Shown here: in pieces, positions 30,401 to 38,216 of the stretch
Position numbering within the stretch: position 1 is the stretch's first letter
Layout of the letters: each line of letters begins with the position of its first letter
Virus record (IMG/VR): IMGVR_UViG_3300020192_000008
Coordinates: 32,001 to 96,000 of that record
Reading direction: 5' to 3' (one strand)
From: a virus
DNA: 64,000 bases
Translations under genes and position numbers: made by a program
The notes under the pieces: model-generated
Told to the model about the DNA's origin: nothing
Seen by the model: the letters and a program-made list of their open reading frames with translations, nothing else
The model's database searches: none

Positions 30401-30872
30401 TGTACTCCATGTAGAACTGCTTCGACTTCTCATCGAAGAGCACATCGAATGGAGCCTTGCCCTGAACGTTGAAGCGTGTCTCGAGCTCACCGTTCTGACG
30501 ACGACGCGTGTAGGCACCGGGCTTGAGTTGCCACTGATTGTCGACCTGGTACTCCTGCCCATCCATGATGTAGGAGTAGCGCTGAGTCTGACGGGGGATC
30601 TCCGCGATGCGTACGCGGCGTTGATCCACCACTTTGCCAGTGGCGTTATCAACGAGACGCATGTGCCCGTAGACTGGAGCAGAGAAGCTGCCGCCGTTGA
30701 TCTTCGCCTTGTGTTGGACCCTCAAGTCATCGGGGTGTAGCTCATCCTTTACTTCAAGCTTGTCAAGGTGAAGGGTCTGCACCTTCCCCTTCATAGGGAA
30801 GTTCGTCTGGATGCCTTCCAGCGTTCTATCGCGGAAGTGCTCGAACGCTTCTTGAGGGTCTAGATGAGCCAT
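24492..30872 (-). CDS. rpoBC: Phage-encoded RNA polymerase, fused beta-beta' single polypeptide (2126 aa)
   Basis: Beta motifs DPVNTPEG, GYNFEDG, GDKLAGRYGNKG, NPTGVPGRMN and GQRIG. Beta' motifs GGLFDE, RSTIVP, KRDPALH, catalytic NADFDGD, GERAVQLTMKEFHTGG and RHVEVVV. No stop between the halves. Confidence 0.95.
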   Translation of the reverse strand: MAHLDPQEAFEHFRDRTLEGIQTNFPMKGKVQTLHLDKLEVKDELHPDDLRVQHKAKINGGSFSAPVYGHMRLVDNATGKVVDQRRVRIAEIPRQTQRYSYIMDGQEYQVDNQWQLKPGAYTRRRQNGELETRFNVQGKAPFDVLFDEKSKQFYMEYNKSKLPLYPLIKTMGISDDDLEKSWGKEIFAANKNARGAAGTLERFYKSDRKEAPISKEVAETHFFEAMQNSKMRTDATSVTLGKPIDHVSGEALHLATQKMLKVQAGHPEDDRDSLIFKDLRSAGDFAHDKIKAAGRTIAMKASRNINSKSDIREIVKLEMFNEPIKQSFHKNSAARVASQINPVEMMSSAMQTTIMGSGGIQSEQAVTNEAKMLNKSHFGFLDPVNTPEGSKTGVTLRLPLGVRKLGNDPVVPLYNLKTGKMDLVPPALFMKSSVVLADQVKWENGKPVPLSKTVQAAQDDNDMGPIPFKDAHYVMKHSSQVFNMTSNLVPFMNNCSGNRVSMATRHIEQSISLVNREAPLVQVGTGVYTPGLQSFEAVLGSQASHQATADGVVHSIHADNIVIKDKNGDKHDVPLYNHYPTNDTKSVLHSSALVKVGDKVKKGETVADTNYSKDGVLALGSNLRVAFIPFKGYNFEDGVVISETASKKLASMHLHKHTVPVDTDTILSTRKFQIQHPGVYKKEQLVNFGDDGVIKVGSKVTPGDPLALAMKPFELKDRTGVSAIRKSLAGSHADKSLRWEGEVEGEVVSVTNGKGGLQVHVKTHEPMQSGDKLAGRYGNKGIVTMVLPDHEMPHSKDGKPIEVALNPTGVPGRMNVSQLLETAASKIAIKTGKPYVVQAFQKDVDMVAKVQAELKSHGLHDTEELIDPVTGQSLGHAMTGHQHILKLVHQVDKKVTVASGMGLPGQPNRDRYDQNLQPGSGQRIGSLGMYALLAHGAKANIREMQTWKGEGEDPQTNESKKWPSQHLQVWNAIQTGAPLPTPKSTFAFKKFEDMLKGSGVNIEKKGHELILSPLTDKHVMELSAGRALPKPAERLEAKVDKSGELKPRPGGLFDEKLTGGHGGIKWSHIDLAEPVPNPVFEAPIRSLTGLTQKDFDAIVHGESGINHQGKIVELKDAAHTGGRAIQHLLSKVDVKKDLAAGMKELNSVPMAKVDPVLKKVKYLRALDQLGVGASEAYVMTKMPIIPPVLRPASPMADGNIKYADINQLYSEFALVNDKLKDPTLARHLTDEMKKELRQNYYDGVKAVIGIHVPYAQAKHKGLLHQISGASPKNGYFQKSVVQKRQDLTMRSTIVPEPSLGLDEVGLPKDHALDLFRPFIVKKLQEMGAASNPLDAQKLLTKKDHPSVIKALDSVMEERPILLKRDPALHKYNVQGFQAKRVEGNAIKIHPLVCGGFNADFDGDTMSVFVPIHRDAVAEAHRMKPSNNIFMENTGRVAFIPTLDSAIGLYKLSMVGKETSHTFKTPGDILDAVRGGKFHYNDVVSLNGKKTTAGRVLLATTMPLGMQADLLHNLEMRIDKKGLESLLTKLGKDHKDQFDKSVNMLKDVGNHSAFGTVTVPMPNVGVHNINDPKKNIFVPTGMHTLSLADFQTDKIGRDKVLVGAHKEADAVRASRVNKNDKERRIVDIYMKADKEIGDAHKIEADKKMDNLYIMYKAGAKPSWAQYKQMKIAPMLLTDANNRVIPLPVTKSYSEGLDMAGYWTQMHGARRGSVMKVQETQEPGYMSKLLQNNTMDILVTQPDCGTTRGISLHINEKDVHDRLLASDFKAGHVHIKAGELLTPDKVAQIKAADKNAKIVVRSPLRCEHEKGICQKCVGLSSTGHMHNIGDNIGVLSSHTLGERAVQLTMKEFHTGGVAGGASAAVSGFGRFEQLAMLPQKIPNAASLAMVSGKVEKVENTATGVNVWVGKRPHHVGKDQTGMPLHHLLPGQENLLSWAPPKIGDHIEAGQSLSDPHRTVLNPHDLYKATGSIDKVQNHLVSEMYSLYKDEGIKRRHVEVVVKAMSNLTKVVHPGDSEGILRGEFQPLSMVQKMNNDLAKAGKKPIEHTPVLKGVNMMPLELQEDWMAKLQHRNLRDTIAEGAAMRSKSNLHGSHPIPAIAYGAEFGLNKNQSKLPGYKHLENVSEHSY

Positions 30873-30933
30873 CTTTGTGTCTCTGGTGAGGGTACTCCAC
30901 GCGCAAGAGTCGGTGCAAGGTACGCTTTTTCAG

Positions 30934-30942
30934 CGGCATAAG
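30934..30942 (+). promoter_or_regulatory. Candidate phage promoter element CGGCATAAG
   Basis: In the divergent intergenic region. Identical 9-mer at 57020-57028 and related GGGATAAAG at 40554-40562. Confidence 0.35.
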
Positions 30943-30987
30943 GACTTTGATTGGGCACTAGCGCTCAGTCTCAAGGAGATGCGAAGC

Positions 30988-31080
30988 ATGAGCGACAAGA
31001 AAGAGCCAACCAAGGGAAAGTCCTTCGAGAAGAAGGTCGAAGAACTCTACGGAAGCGCAGGAGCAAAGAAGAAGACCTGA
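30988..31080 (+). CDS. Small Lys-rich peptide (30 aa)
   Basis: AAGGAG RBS; MSDKKEPTKG...; TGATG-coupled to the next ORF. Confidence 0.5.
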   Translation: MSDKKEPTKGKSFEKKVEELYGSAGAKKKT

Positions 31081-31259
31081 TGTTCGCGGTCTTCCTAACC
31101 GGGGCCATCGCCGGCTTCTTCAACGGCGTGTACCTGTGGGCGACCACGAAACTTCGTTATGCTGATTCACCCATTCCTGCAGAAAGAGAAGCTGAGGGTA
31201 CACCAGGGAACGAGGCTCCTCCAGGAGACTCTGGGCCTGGTCGGCAGGGCCCTGTTTGA
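31080..31259 (+). CDS. Small membrane protein (59 aa)
   Basis: Hydrophobic N-terminus MFAVFLTGAIAGFFNGVYLW; TGATG coupling; overlaps the next ORF. Confidence 0.4.
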   Translation: MFAVFLTGAIAGFFNGVYLWATTKLRYADSPIPAEREAEGTPGNEAPPGDSGPGRQGPV

Positions 31260-31752
31260 TCCGCTAGAGAAGTCGAGACTCTGGCAGATAGAAGCCCTGT
31301 TCGCCCCTATCGCCGGCCGTACTTTGGGGGGAGTACGTGCCAAACTAGTTGATGAAAAGAACTTCGTCACCTTCATCAACCAAATGGATCTAGAGGTACT
31401 CCTTGGGCTAGTGAAGCCTGGGATGAAGTGCCACTGGTCTGGCAGATCGTACTCAGGCCCAGGTGACCGGGACTGGTACGGCTTGTGTGTCGACGATGAC
31501 GACCTGATCGACGATCTCTACGGCCGTGAACTCATGCTCAGATCTGAATACAACTATCAGAGGCTGCCTGAGGGTCTAGAGATATACCGCCGAGTACACC
31601 ACGAAGAGAAGGTCGACAAAGAAGAACTCCATCTTCTCATCGGCGATTACGACAGAGAGACAGGCGTCTGCCCCGATCCTCGGATGGAGACCATCGAGAA
31701 CCGGTGGGTTCGGGCAGACAGCACGAGGGTCATATGGGAGGCCATTTTCTAA
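31159..31752 (+). CDS. Hypothetical protein
   Basis: 197-aa ORF ending at TAA. Confidence 0.6.
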   Translation: MLIHPFLQKEKLRVHQGTRLLQETLGLVGRALFDPLEKSRLWQIEALFAPIAGRTLGGVRAKLVDEKNFVTFINQMDLEVLLGLVKPGMKCHWSGRSYSGPGDRDWYGLCVDDDDLIDDLYGRELMLRSEYNYQRLPEGLEIYRRVHHEEKVDKEELHLLIGDYDRETGVCPDPRMETIENRWVRADSTRVIWEAIF

Positions 31753-32327
31753 GGCTTCTCCCGGGTGCACAGGACGACGAGGAAGAGACCGTCAGTGACG
31801 CTGAGCCTGAGTTCGACTCAGGCCAGCGTTGCTCTATCTGCGGCGAAGCCCTCCTCCTCACCGAGGAGGTCTTCTGTCTTGAGCTCAGGCAAGCCTGGGT
31901 TGAAGGCGGCGAGCTGCAGACCTTCCCCCTTCTTGACGCCGACGGAGAACCGGAGTTCACCTCGTACATCTTTCACTTCGAGTGCTGGGAGAGCGCTACG
32001 CATGAGCTCGGAGAACAAGTCGAGGACATCCCAGCCCTCACTTCCCTCGAGAAGCTTCTCGAATGCACGGAGTGTGGCAACAGCATCACTGCCTGGGACC
32101 CGTACTGCGCCGTCACCTTTGGAGAACTACATGCCTCCAAAAGGCGACCGTCTGGAGCGCCGGCGGTTCACTTCACGGGCCTATCGAGGCCACTTCCGCT
32201 CTGCTTGGTCTGCGTGGCCAGGCTGATCGATGAATGTTTCGACGACTGGGAAGACGGCGTCATGGAGCGTCTTCCGATGATTGAACACCTGTACCAACAG
32301 TACATCGCCGGAGAACAAGAAGAATGA
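31734..32327 (+). CDS. Double zinc-finger-like protein
   Basis: CSIC...HFEC and CTEC...CLVC tandem modules; ATGA-coupled to the MoxR gene. Confidence 0.55.
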   Translation: MGGHFLRLLPGAQDDEEETVSDAEPEFDSGQRCSICGEALLLTEEVFCLELRQAWVEGGELQTFPLLDADGEPEFTSYIFHFECWESATHELGEQVEDIPALTSLEKLLECTECGNSITAWDPYCAVTFGELHASKRRPSGAPAVHFTGLSRPLPLCLVCVARLIDECFDDWEDGVMERLPMIEHLYQQYIAGEQEE

Positions 32328-33580
32328 GCGTATCTCTCGAGACCATCCTCTCCACGTCCTTCCTCGTCCCCCTCGGGGACCCGCTCAAGCCCAACTGCTA
32401 CTGGGGCCTGAACGTCATGCTCTGGGGCAGCCCCGGCATCGGCAAGAGCGCACGCGTCAGGTCTGCTGCCGCCAAGGCGGGTCTGCCCACCGAGGTTGTC
32501 ATCGCCGCAACGCGCCAGCCCGAGGACGTGTCGGGCGCTGCCTTCCCCGACGGCCAGGGCGGCGTGAACATCAAGACCCTGCTGCCAGGCGTCCAGCGCC
32601 TCATCAAGGACGAGCAGGGCGTGCTCTTCCTCGACGAGCTCTCCTGCGCCAGGCCCGCTGTGCAGGCAGCCTTCCTCGGCGTCGTACTCGATCGCAGGGT
32701 CGGTGACGACATGCTGCCCCCAGGCATCCGCGTTCTCGCTGCTGCCAACCCCCCCGAAGAAGCCGCCGGCGGCTGGGACCTCGAGCCCCCCATGGCCAAC
32801 CGGTTCTGCCACGTCAACGTCCCCGCCCCCGTCGTTGCCGAGTGGACGGCCTGGTTCCTCAGCCAGTCGAGCGGCAGGGTCGAAGACGTCGAGATGGGTG
32901 AGAAGAAGGTCCAGGAAGGCTGGGGTGAGAACTGGCCGGCTGTGCAGGGCCTCGTCTCAGGCTTCCTGCAGGACCGCTCGTCGGCTCTCTACAGCATGCC
33001 CAAGGAGGGCTCGAAGGACCGCTCGAGGGCCTGGCCTTCCCCACGCACCTGGGAGATGGCCGCTCGCAGCATGGCCACCGTGCGCTGCCTCTTCCCCCTG
33101 CCCACCGGCAAGCCCCTCTCCGATGAGCAGAAGAAGGAGCACGCTCGCAAGACCGCTACCCACGACATCCTCATGTCCACCCTGCTCGAGGGCTGCATCG
33201 GTCGCGGCGTTGCCGCTGAGTTCATCAACTGGGTCAAGGCAGCTGACCTCCCCAGCCCCTCCGATGTCCTCAAGTTCGGCTACGTCGTCGACAAGCGCCG
33301 GCTCGACATCGCCATGGCTGCCTACAGCTCCATGATCTCCTACGTCCTCACCAAGCCCACGCGCGATGAGAAGGTCGCCCTCGCCTCCCTCGCCTGGACC
33401 CGACTCCATGAGCTCAGCAAGCAGGGCCTGGCCGACATGGCCATCCCCAACATCCAGGCCATGATCTCCAACGACCTCGGCACCCGCGCTGGCAAGAAGG
33501 AAGTGAACGATGCCATGCGGCCTCTGCTCATGGACTTCATCAAGCGCGGCCTCGAGAAGTACATGATCGAGGATAAGTGA
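32324..33580 (+). CDS. MoxR-like AAA+ ATPase
   Basis: GSPGIGKS Walker A, LFLDE Walker B, AAANP sensor, PMANRF arginine finger and SPRTW. Confidence 0.88.
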   Translation: MSVSLETILSTSFLVPLGDPLKPNCYWGLNVMLWGSPGIGKSARVRSAAAKAGLPTEVVIAATRQPEDVSGAAFPDGQGGVNIKTLLPGVQRLIKDEQGVLFLDELSCARPAVQAAFLGVVLDRRVGDDMLPPGIRVLAAANPPEEAAGGWDLEPPMANRFCHVNVPAPVVAEWTAWFLSQSSGRVEDVEMGEKKVQEGWGENWPAVQGLVSGFLQDRSSALYSMPKEGSKDRSRAWPSPRTWEMAARSMATVRCLFPLPTGKPLSDEQKKEHARKTATHDILMSTLLEGCIGRGVAAEFINWVKAADLPSPSDVLKFGYVVDKRRLDIAMAAYSSMISYVLTKPTRDEKVALASLAWTRLHELSKQGLADMAIPNIQAMISNDLGTRAGKKEVNDAMRPLLMDFIKRGLEKYMIEDK

Positions 33581-34885
33581 ATGGCTCTCTCTTCCTCCCT
33601 CTCCTCAACTGAGCGCGCTGAAACGCTCATGGCTGAGGCTCGGGCCCTCATCCACAAACAAACCCCCTACCTGATGAGCCTCGTCTACTCATTCATCCCC
33701 AGGGAAGCTCCCGAGCTCCAGACCATGGGCATCACCAAGGGGCTCGTCCTGTACTACGGCCCCGAGTGGCTGCTCAAGTGCACGCCAGAACAGGTTGCTG
33801 CTGCTCTCGTTCATGAGTGCCTGCACATCCTGCGAGACCACCTGCCTCGCATCGCTGCATGCGCTGACAAGGAGAAGGGCAACGTCGCCGCCGACCTGGC
33901 CATCAACCCGGCCGTCGAGGAGATGAAGTACAAGCTGCCTCACGGCGTCTTCCCCAAGGACTTCAAGCTCCCCAACGAGCTCACCCTGGGGGAGTACTAC
34001 GACAAGATCCCCGCCTCCGCGATGGACAAGATGCGGCAGGGTCAAGGCCAAGGTCAGGGCCAAGGCACCCCCGGCAAAGGCCCCCCAGGCCAGGGCCAAG
34101 GGATGGGTATCGGCAGCGGCTCTTGCGGGGGTATCGCCGGCAACGCCGATGACCAAGAGTTCGAGGACGCCCTCGATCAAGAGCTGGGCGGCAAGACCGA
34201 GACGGAAGTCAAAGCCGCTCGGAACAAGACGATCGACAGCATCAAGAAGTGGGCTGAGGCAAAGGGCCGGGGCAATATGCCTGGCTCCTTCCAACAGTTC
34301 ATCGACATGGACCTGAATGAAGCGGCTCATGTGCCGTGGCAGCAGGTCCTCAAGTCCGTCCTCAAGCGCTGCTGCGGTCGTCTCGAATCGGGTGGTCAAG
34401 ACTTCTCTCGGACCCATCCGTCCAAGCGAAGCTACGCCCGGGGGATGATCATCCCAGGCATGGTCGACTACCAGCCGGAGGTCGCGTTCATCCTCGATAC
34501 CTCGGGGTCCATGAGTGACAAGGACATCCAGGAGTGCTTGCGGGAAGCCATCGGCGTCTTGAAGTCACTCAACATCGAGACAGCCTGGCTTCTGCAGGCT
34601 GACATGTCCGTTGCCACGGCCCCGAAGAAGGTTCGTGTCAAAGACATCAAGGCTGGTCTCACCATCCACGGCCGTGGTGGGACTGACTTCGATGACGCCT
34701 TTCGCAAGGTCGACAGGCTCAAGCCGAGGCCAGACCTGGTGATCTATCTCACCGACGGTGACGGTGGCGTCACCTACCAGCCGAAGATGGAAGTCATCTG
34801 GTGTCTTGTGAGCAACCACAGAACAACAGCACCTGCTTCCTGGGGGTACCCCGTCTTCGTAAGGCAAGATGAACATGGTAGGTAA
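33581..34885 (+). CDS. Metallopeptidase-VWA domain protein (DUF2201-like)
   Basis: HECLH HExxH, ADLAIN, MIDAS DTSGS, GRGGTDF and YLTDG; adjacent to MoxR. Confidence 0.85.
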   Translation: MALSSSLSSTERAETLMAEARALIHKQTPYLMSLVYSFIPREAPELQTMGITKGLVLYYGPEWLLKCTPEQVAAALVHECLHILRDHLPRIAACADKEKGNVAADLAINPAVEEMKYKLPHGVFPKDFKLPNELTLGEYYDKIPASAMDKMRQGQGQGQGQGTPGKGPPGQGQGMGIGSGSCGGIAGNADDQEFEDALDQELGGKTETEVKAARNKTIDSIKKWAEAKGRGNMPGSFQQFIDMDLNEAAHVPWQQVLKSVLKRCCGRLESGGQDFSRTHPSKRSYARGMIIPGMVDYQPEVAFILDTSGSMSDKDIQECLREAIGVLKSLNIETAWLLQADMSVATAPKKVRVKDIKAGLTIHGRGGTDFDDAFRKVDRLKPRPDLVIYLTDGDGGVTYQPKMEVIWCLVSNHRTTAPASWGYPVFVRQDEHGR

Positions 34886-34889
34886 AACC

Positions 34890-35066
34890 ATGGACATCGA
34901 TGACTTGATCGACGCGGCGAGAGTTCACGGGGAGCAGTCGGAAGCTGAACATGAGCTAGGAGACCTGCAGACGATTCTGCGGGCCTGCTGGGAGATCATG
35001 GACAGCGGACAGAAGCGTGAGCTGGTAGAGGAGTTCGAGGAACTCGTCGACGAGTGGCAGGAGTGA
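34890..35066 (+). CDS. Small acidic hypothetical protein
   Basis: MDIDDLIDAARVHGE..., 58 aa, followed by a terminator. Confidence 0.6.
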   Translation: MDIDDLIDAARVHGEQSEAEHELGDLQTILRACWEIMDSGQKRELVEEFEELVDEWQE

Positions 35067-35070
35067 GATG

Positions 35071-35104
35071 AAGAAGGGGCCCGATAAGGCCCCTTCTTTT
35101 AGCT
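35071..35104. terminator. Intrinsic terminator between convergent genes
   Basis: AAGAAGGGGCC/GGCCCCTTCTT stem followed by TTAGCT. Confidence 0.8.
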
Positions 35105-35110
35105 CCTACT

Positions 35111-37132
35111 TCAGACTGCTGCCTGAGCTCTCCTGGGGGGAAGCTTCTCGGGCAATGGCGTCATGTTGACGGCGGGTTGAGCTGCCTGTCCCGGGCCTGT
35201 GGCGATGCCCATCTTGGCGAGCATCTGCCGGACCATGTCTGCGAGTTCGGGGCTTTGCGCTTCGAGGTTCGAGAGAGCTGCCTGCTGTTGGTCAGCGGGC
35301 ATGCTGGAGATCATCTGGGCTTGCTGGTAGGCGATGGTGGGCAGGTCCATCTGTCCGCCTGGGGGCATCTGCTGGCCGGCGTTGAGGGGGGATTGGGTCT
35401 GGCTCATGGGGTCAGGCTGGCCACCCTGGGGGTTGGCTTGTGATTGCTGGCCTGGCGACTGACCCGGGGCTGCCTCGGCCGGCATGCCCTGCTCTTGCCC
35501 GCCTGGGGTGCCTTGACCCATGGCGTCTTGTCCGCCTGGCTCTCCAGGGGCAGGGCCCTGGGCCATGTCCTGCTGTTGAGCCTGTTGCGCCTTGGCCTGG
35601 TACTTCCCCATGATGAGCTGCTGCTGACCTTGAAGGTCTGCCGTAGCAAGCTGCTGAGCCCGGGTAGCCTCGATACGGCTGGCCGTCTCTTTCTTCATGA
35701 TGGCGTTCTCCTCTTCCTGAGAGAGGTCAGCGTCAGCAAGAAGGGTGGTGTCGGAGATCTTCTGGCCCTGGTTGAGCTGGAAGAGGTAGGCCTTGCGCTG
35801 CAGGTCGTCGGCCATCTTGAAGGGCTTGAACCTGATGTTCACCTTCGGCCATTGCATGAAGGCGGCGACCTCGTTCATCACCCACTTGACCATGGCCTTG
35901 TGGCGCAGGATGTAGCCGATGAACGCGTTCTCGAGCATCCGCATCGACACGTTCGTGCCGGCGTAACTCATGCCGCCGAGGAGGAACTCCCTCGGCACAC
36001 CCATGCCCGTGATGATCTGCTCCGACCACTGCTGGATTTCTCCAGTGAGGAGGAGAGCCCGTCCATCGCCGCCCACGGTCTGGTTGCCGAGGGGCAGAGG
36101 CATGATGGGGATGTAGTTCTGGTCCCACCTCCACTTCGCAATCTCACCGGCGACGTGCTCACGCCACTCGACCAGGTTGATGGTGGTGTAGGGGTCTGAA
36201 GTACCCGAGCCTGCCTGAGGGAACAGGATGCGCAGAGGGACAATGTGCTCGAGGAGGATGGCCTCCTGCGCTTTCTTCATCACCTGCAGGTAGAAGACGT
36301 CCTTGAGGACGGGCATGAGCAGGGGGATGCCCCAGCCACGGTCTTGTGTTGCCAGGGTAGGCCGGCGCAGGTGGAAGAAGTTGTCCTTGGAGAAGACAAT
36401 GCCCTTCGCTTCTTTCAGCGCCGCAATGAAGACCTGCGGCACTCCTTCAACGACTTCCTTCTTGCCGATGAGGATGTCGTTCTTCACCTGCGGAGGGATC
36501 GTATAGAAGTAGGTGTACTCCCCGGTGACGTCGTTGTACTGGACCTCGACGTCTTCAGGGTTCCACCTGATGAGCTTGATGCCTGCGGCGTTGCGGATGT
36601 AGAAGTCCTGCGCAACGGCGTCAGCTGTGGTGCCGCACTTGGGGCACGTCATCCGGAAGGCGTAGTTGGTGATGACCCAGCTGTTGCGGGTCTTCTTGGC
36701 AGGGGCCGAGAACTGGCAACTCGAGCACTTGAGGTACTTGGTGAACGGGTAGCTGATCGACACCATCCCGTTGCCGTAGCAGTTGTAGTCGAGGCCAACC
36801 TCGATCTGAAACGCACGGTAGCGCAGGTGGTCCTGGAAGTAGTCGGTCCACTTCCGCACGACTTCCGGGTCTTCGTGATCGATGATGAGGTCAGTGACAG
36901 GGTACTCACTGAGCTTGAACACCGTCGCGTTGATGAGCGGGTTCGTCAGGAAGTAGTACCGGCACCACTGGAACATCTTCTTCATCGTCTGCGGCAGCCA
37001 TGTCTGCGCGACGTCAAAGAAGGGGCTGGGGTAGCTGACGCTATTCGCCATAGCCCCCTGCATCCTGCCCCGGGACATTGTCCTCATCCCAGGACCCGCC
37101 CCACCACCACCCGGATTACCGATCATACTCAT
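35111..37132 (-). CDS. Portal protein
   Basis: 673 aa with YFLTNPLIN, DYNCYGNG, FFHLRR..GWGIP and I.TGMGVP.EFL.GG..YA portal-type motifs, a CxxC...CxxC insert and a Q/P-rich tail. Confidence 0.75.
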   Translation of the reverse strand: MSMIGNPGGGGAGPGMRTMSRGRMQGAMANSVSYPSPFFDVAQTWLPQTMKKMFQWCRYYFLTNPLINATVFKLSEYPVTDLIIDHEDPEVVRKWTDYFQDHLRYRAFQIEVGLDYNCYGNGMVSISYPFTKYLKCSSCQFSAPAKKTRNSWVITNYAFRMTCPKCGTTADAVAQDFYIRNAAGIKLIRWNPEDVEVQYNDVTGEYTYFYTIPPQVKNDILIGKKEVVEGVPQVFIAALKEAKGIVFSKDNFFHLRRPTLATQDRGWGIPLLMPVLKDVFYLQVMKKAQEAILLEHIVPLRILFPQAGSGTSDPYTTINLVEWREHVAGEIAKWRWDQNYIPIMPLPLGNQTVGGDGRALLLTGEIQQWSEQIITGMGVPREFLLGGMSYAGTNVSMRMLENAFIGYILRHKAMVKWVMNEVAAFMQWPKVNIRFKPFKMADDLQRKAYLFQLNQGQKISDTTLLADADLSQEEENAIMKKETASRIEATRAQQLATADLQGQQQLIMGKYQAKAQQAQQQDMAQGPAPGEPGGQDAMGQGTPGGQEQGMPAEAAPGQSPGQQSQANPQGGQPDPMSQTQSPLNAGQQMPPGGQMDLPTIAYQQAQMISSMPADQQQAALSNLEAQSPELADMVRQMLAKMGIATGPGQAAQPAVNMTPLPEKLPPRRAQAAV

Positions 37133-37133
37133 G

Positions 37134-38216
37134 TCACGTGCCCTCCGGCGCAGGGTAACCCGGAGGAGGCAGAACGCCTCGAATCTTCTTCTGCACCTTG
37201 TCTACCGCTCCACCAAGGGCTCCGCCGGCAGCGTTGAGCCCTGTGCCGAGGAGCATCTGGCTACCCATGGGCAAGGGAGAAAGCAGGGTGCCGCCCACGG
37301 CCCCAGCAAGGCTTGAACCAATGTGACGCGCCCTCGAGCCTGTACCGTCGTCTTCTGAAGACGCATTGATGGCCAGGTCAGCGATCGGCATGCCGATGGT
37401 GAGCGCCTTCATGGCTGGTGATGTGCCATGCCACTGGTCACCGAGGGTCTTCTTGAGGGTGTCGAGACGCTGGCCTGGTGTAGACAGACCTCGGATGACA
37501 CCGGGCAGACTGGTCAGTCCTGCTTCTTCTGCAGCATGCCCAGCCATGTATGACTTGCCCTGGTCTGCGGCCTGAGCTCGCAGCTTGTCTACATGAAGCT
37601 GGTCGATCAAGTCTTTAGGGCTCTTCTTATTGAAGCCCATGAAGCCACTAGGCGGTTCAATCTTGGCCTCTTCAAAAGACTTACCGATCGATTTGTCCGC
37701 TGATGCGGCTGCTCTCTCGGCATCGTTCCACCCCTTGAGTCGGGGGGCTGCGCCCATGCCGATGGAGCCAAGGCCTTCCTTGGGCGTGGCACCCGTGAGG
37801 CCATGGATCTGCCGCTGACCGAAGTTGGCGAAGGTGTTGACCCCCTTCGTGTTGGTCAGAGCCACACGCGCCTTCTCCGCCATCTCTGGGGCAATGGCCC
37901 CAGCCCCGGCTCCAAGCAGCTTGCCGCCCAGAGCTCCAACGCCGGCGCCCACAACAGCGCCCTTGGCGCCGCTGGTCAGGCCAGCCGAGAGGGCAGAGCG
38001 GGTGTCGGCTCCTTGCTCTTTGGCGTCCTTGTAGCCTCGGTAGCCTTTGACCCCTGCACCAACGAGAGCGCCAGCTCCCACCCCAACACCTCCCATAGCG
38101 CCGCCCAAACCAAGAGCGGAAGCCACGCGAGGGTTCTTGATGACGTCGAAGTAGCCCGCATGTTTCTTGAGCTCGTCACGGAAGCCCTCAAGTACGTCCG
38201 AAGTGATGTAGTCCAT
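37134..38216 (-). CDS. Glycine-zipper virion protein
   Basis: 360 aa with an FRDELKKHAG leader and several GxxxG hydrophobic helices. Confidence 0.6.
   Translation of the reverse strand: MDYITSDVLEGFRDELKKHAGYFDVIKNPRVASALGLGGAMGGVGVGAGALVGAGVKGYRGYKDAKEQGADTRSALSAGLTSGAKGAVVGAGVGALGGKLLGAGAGAIAPEMAEKARVALTNTKGVNTFANFGQRQIHGLTGATPKEGLGSIGMGAAPRLKGWNDAERAAASADKSIGKSFEEAKIEPPSGFMGFNKKSPKDLIDQLHVDKLRAQAADQGKSYMAGHAAEEAGLTSLPGVIRGLSTPGQRLDTLKKTLGDQWHGTSPAMKALTIGMPIADLAINASSEDDGTGSRARHIGSSLAGAVGGTLLSPLPMGSQMLLGTGLNAAGGALGGAVDKVQKKIRGVLPPPGYPAPEGT

Noticed and set aside
19433-31259. Overlaps of ~95-100 nt at 19433-19527 and 31159-31259 as evidence of another recoded stop
   Set aside because: There is no shared codon at the expected ends. 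Later start codons in the downstream genes could explain them.
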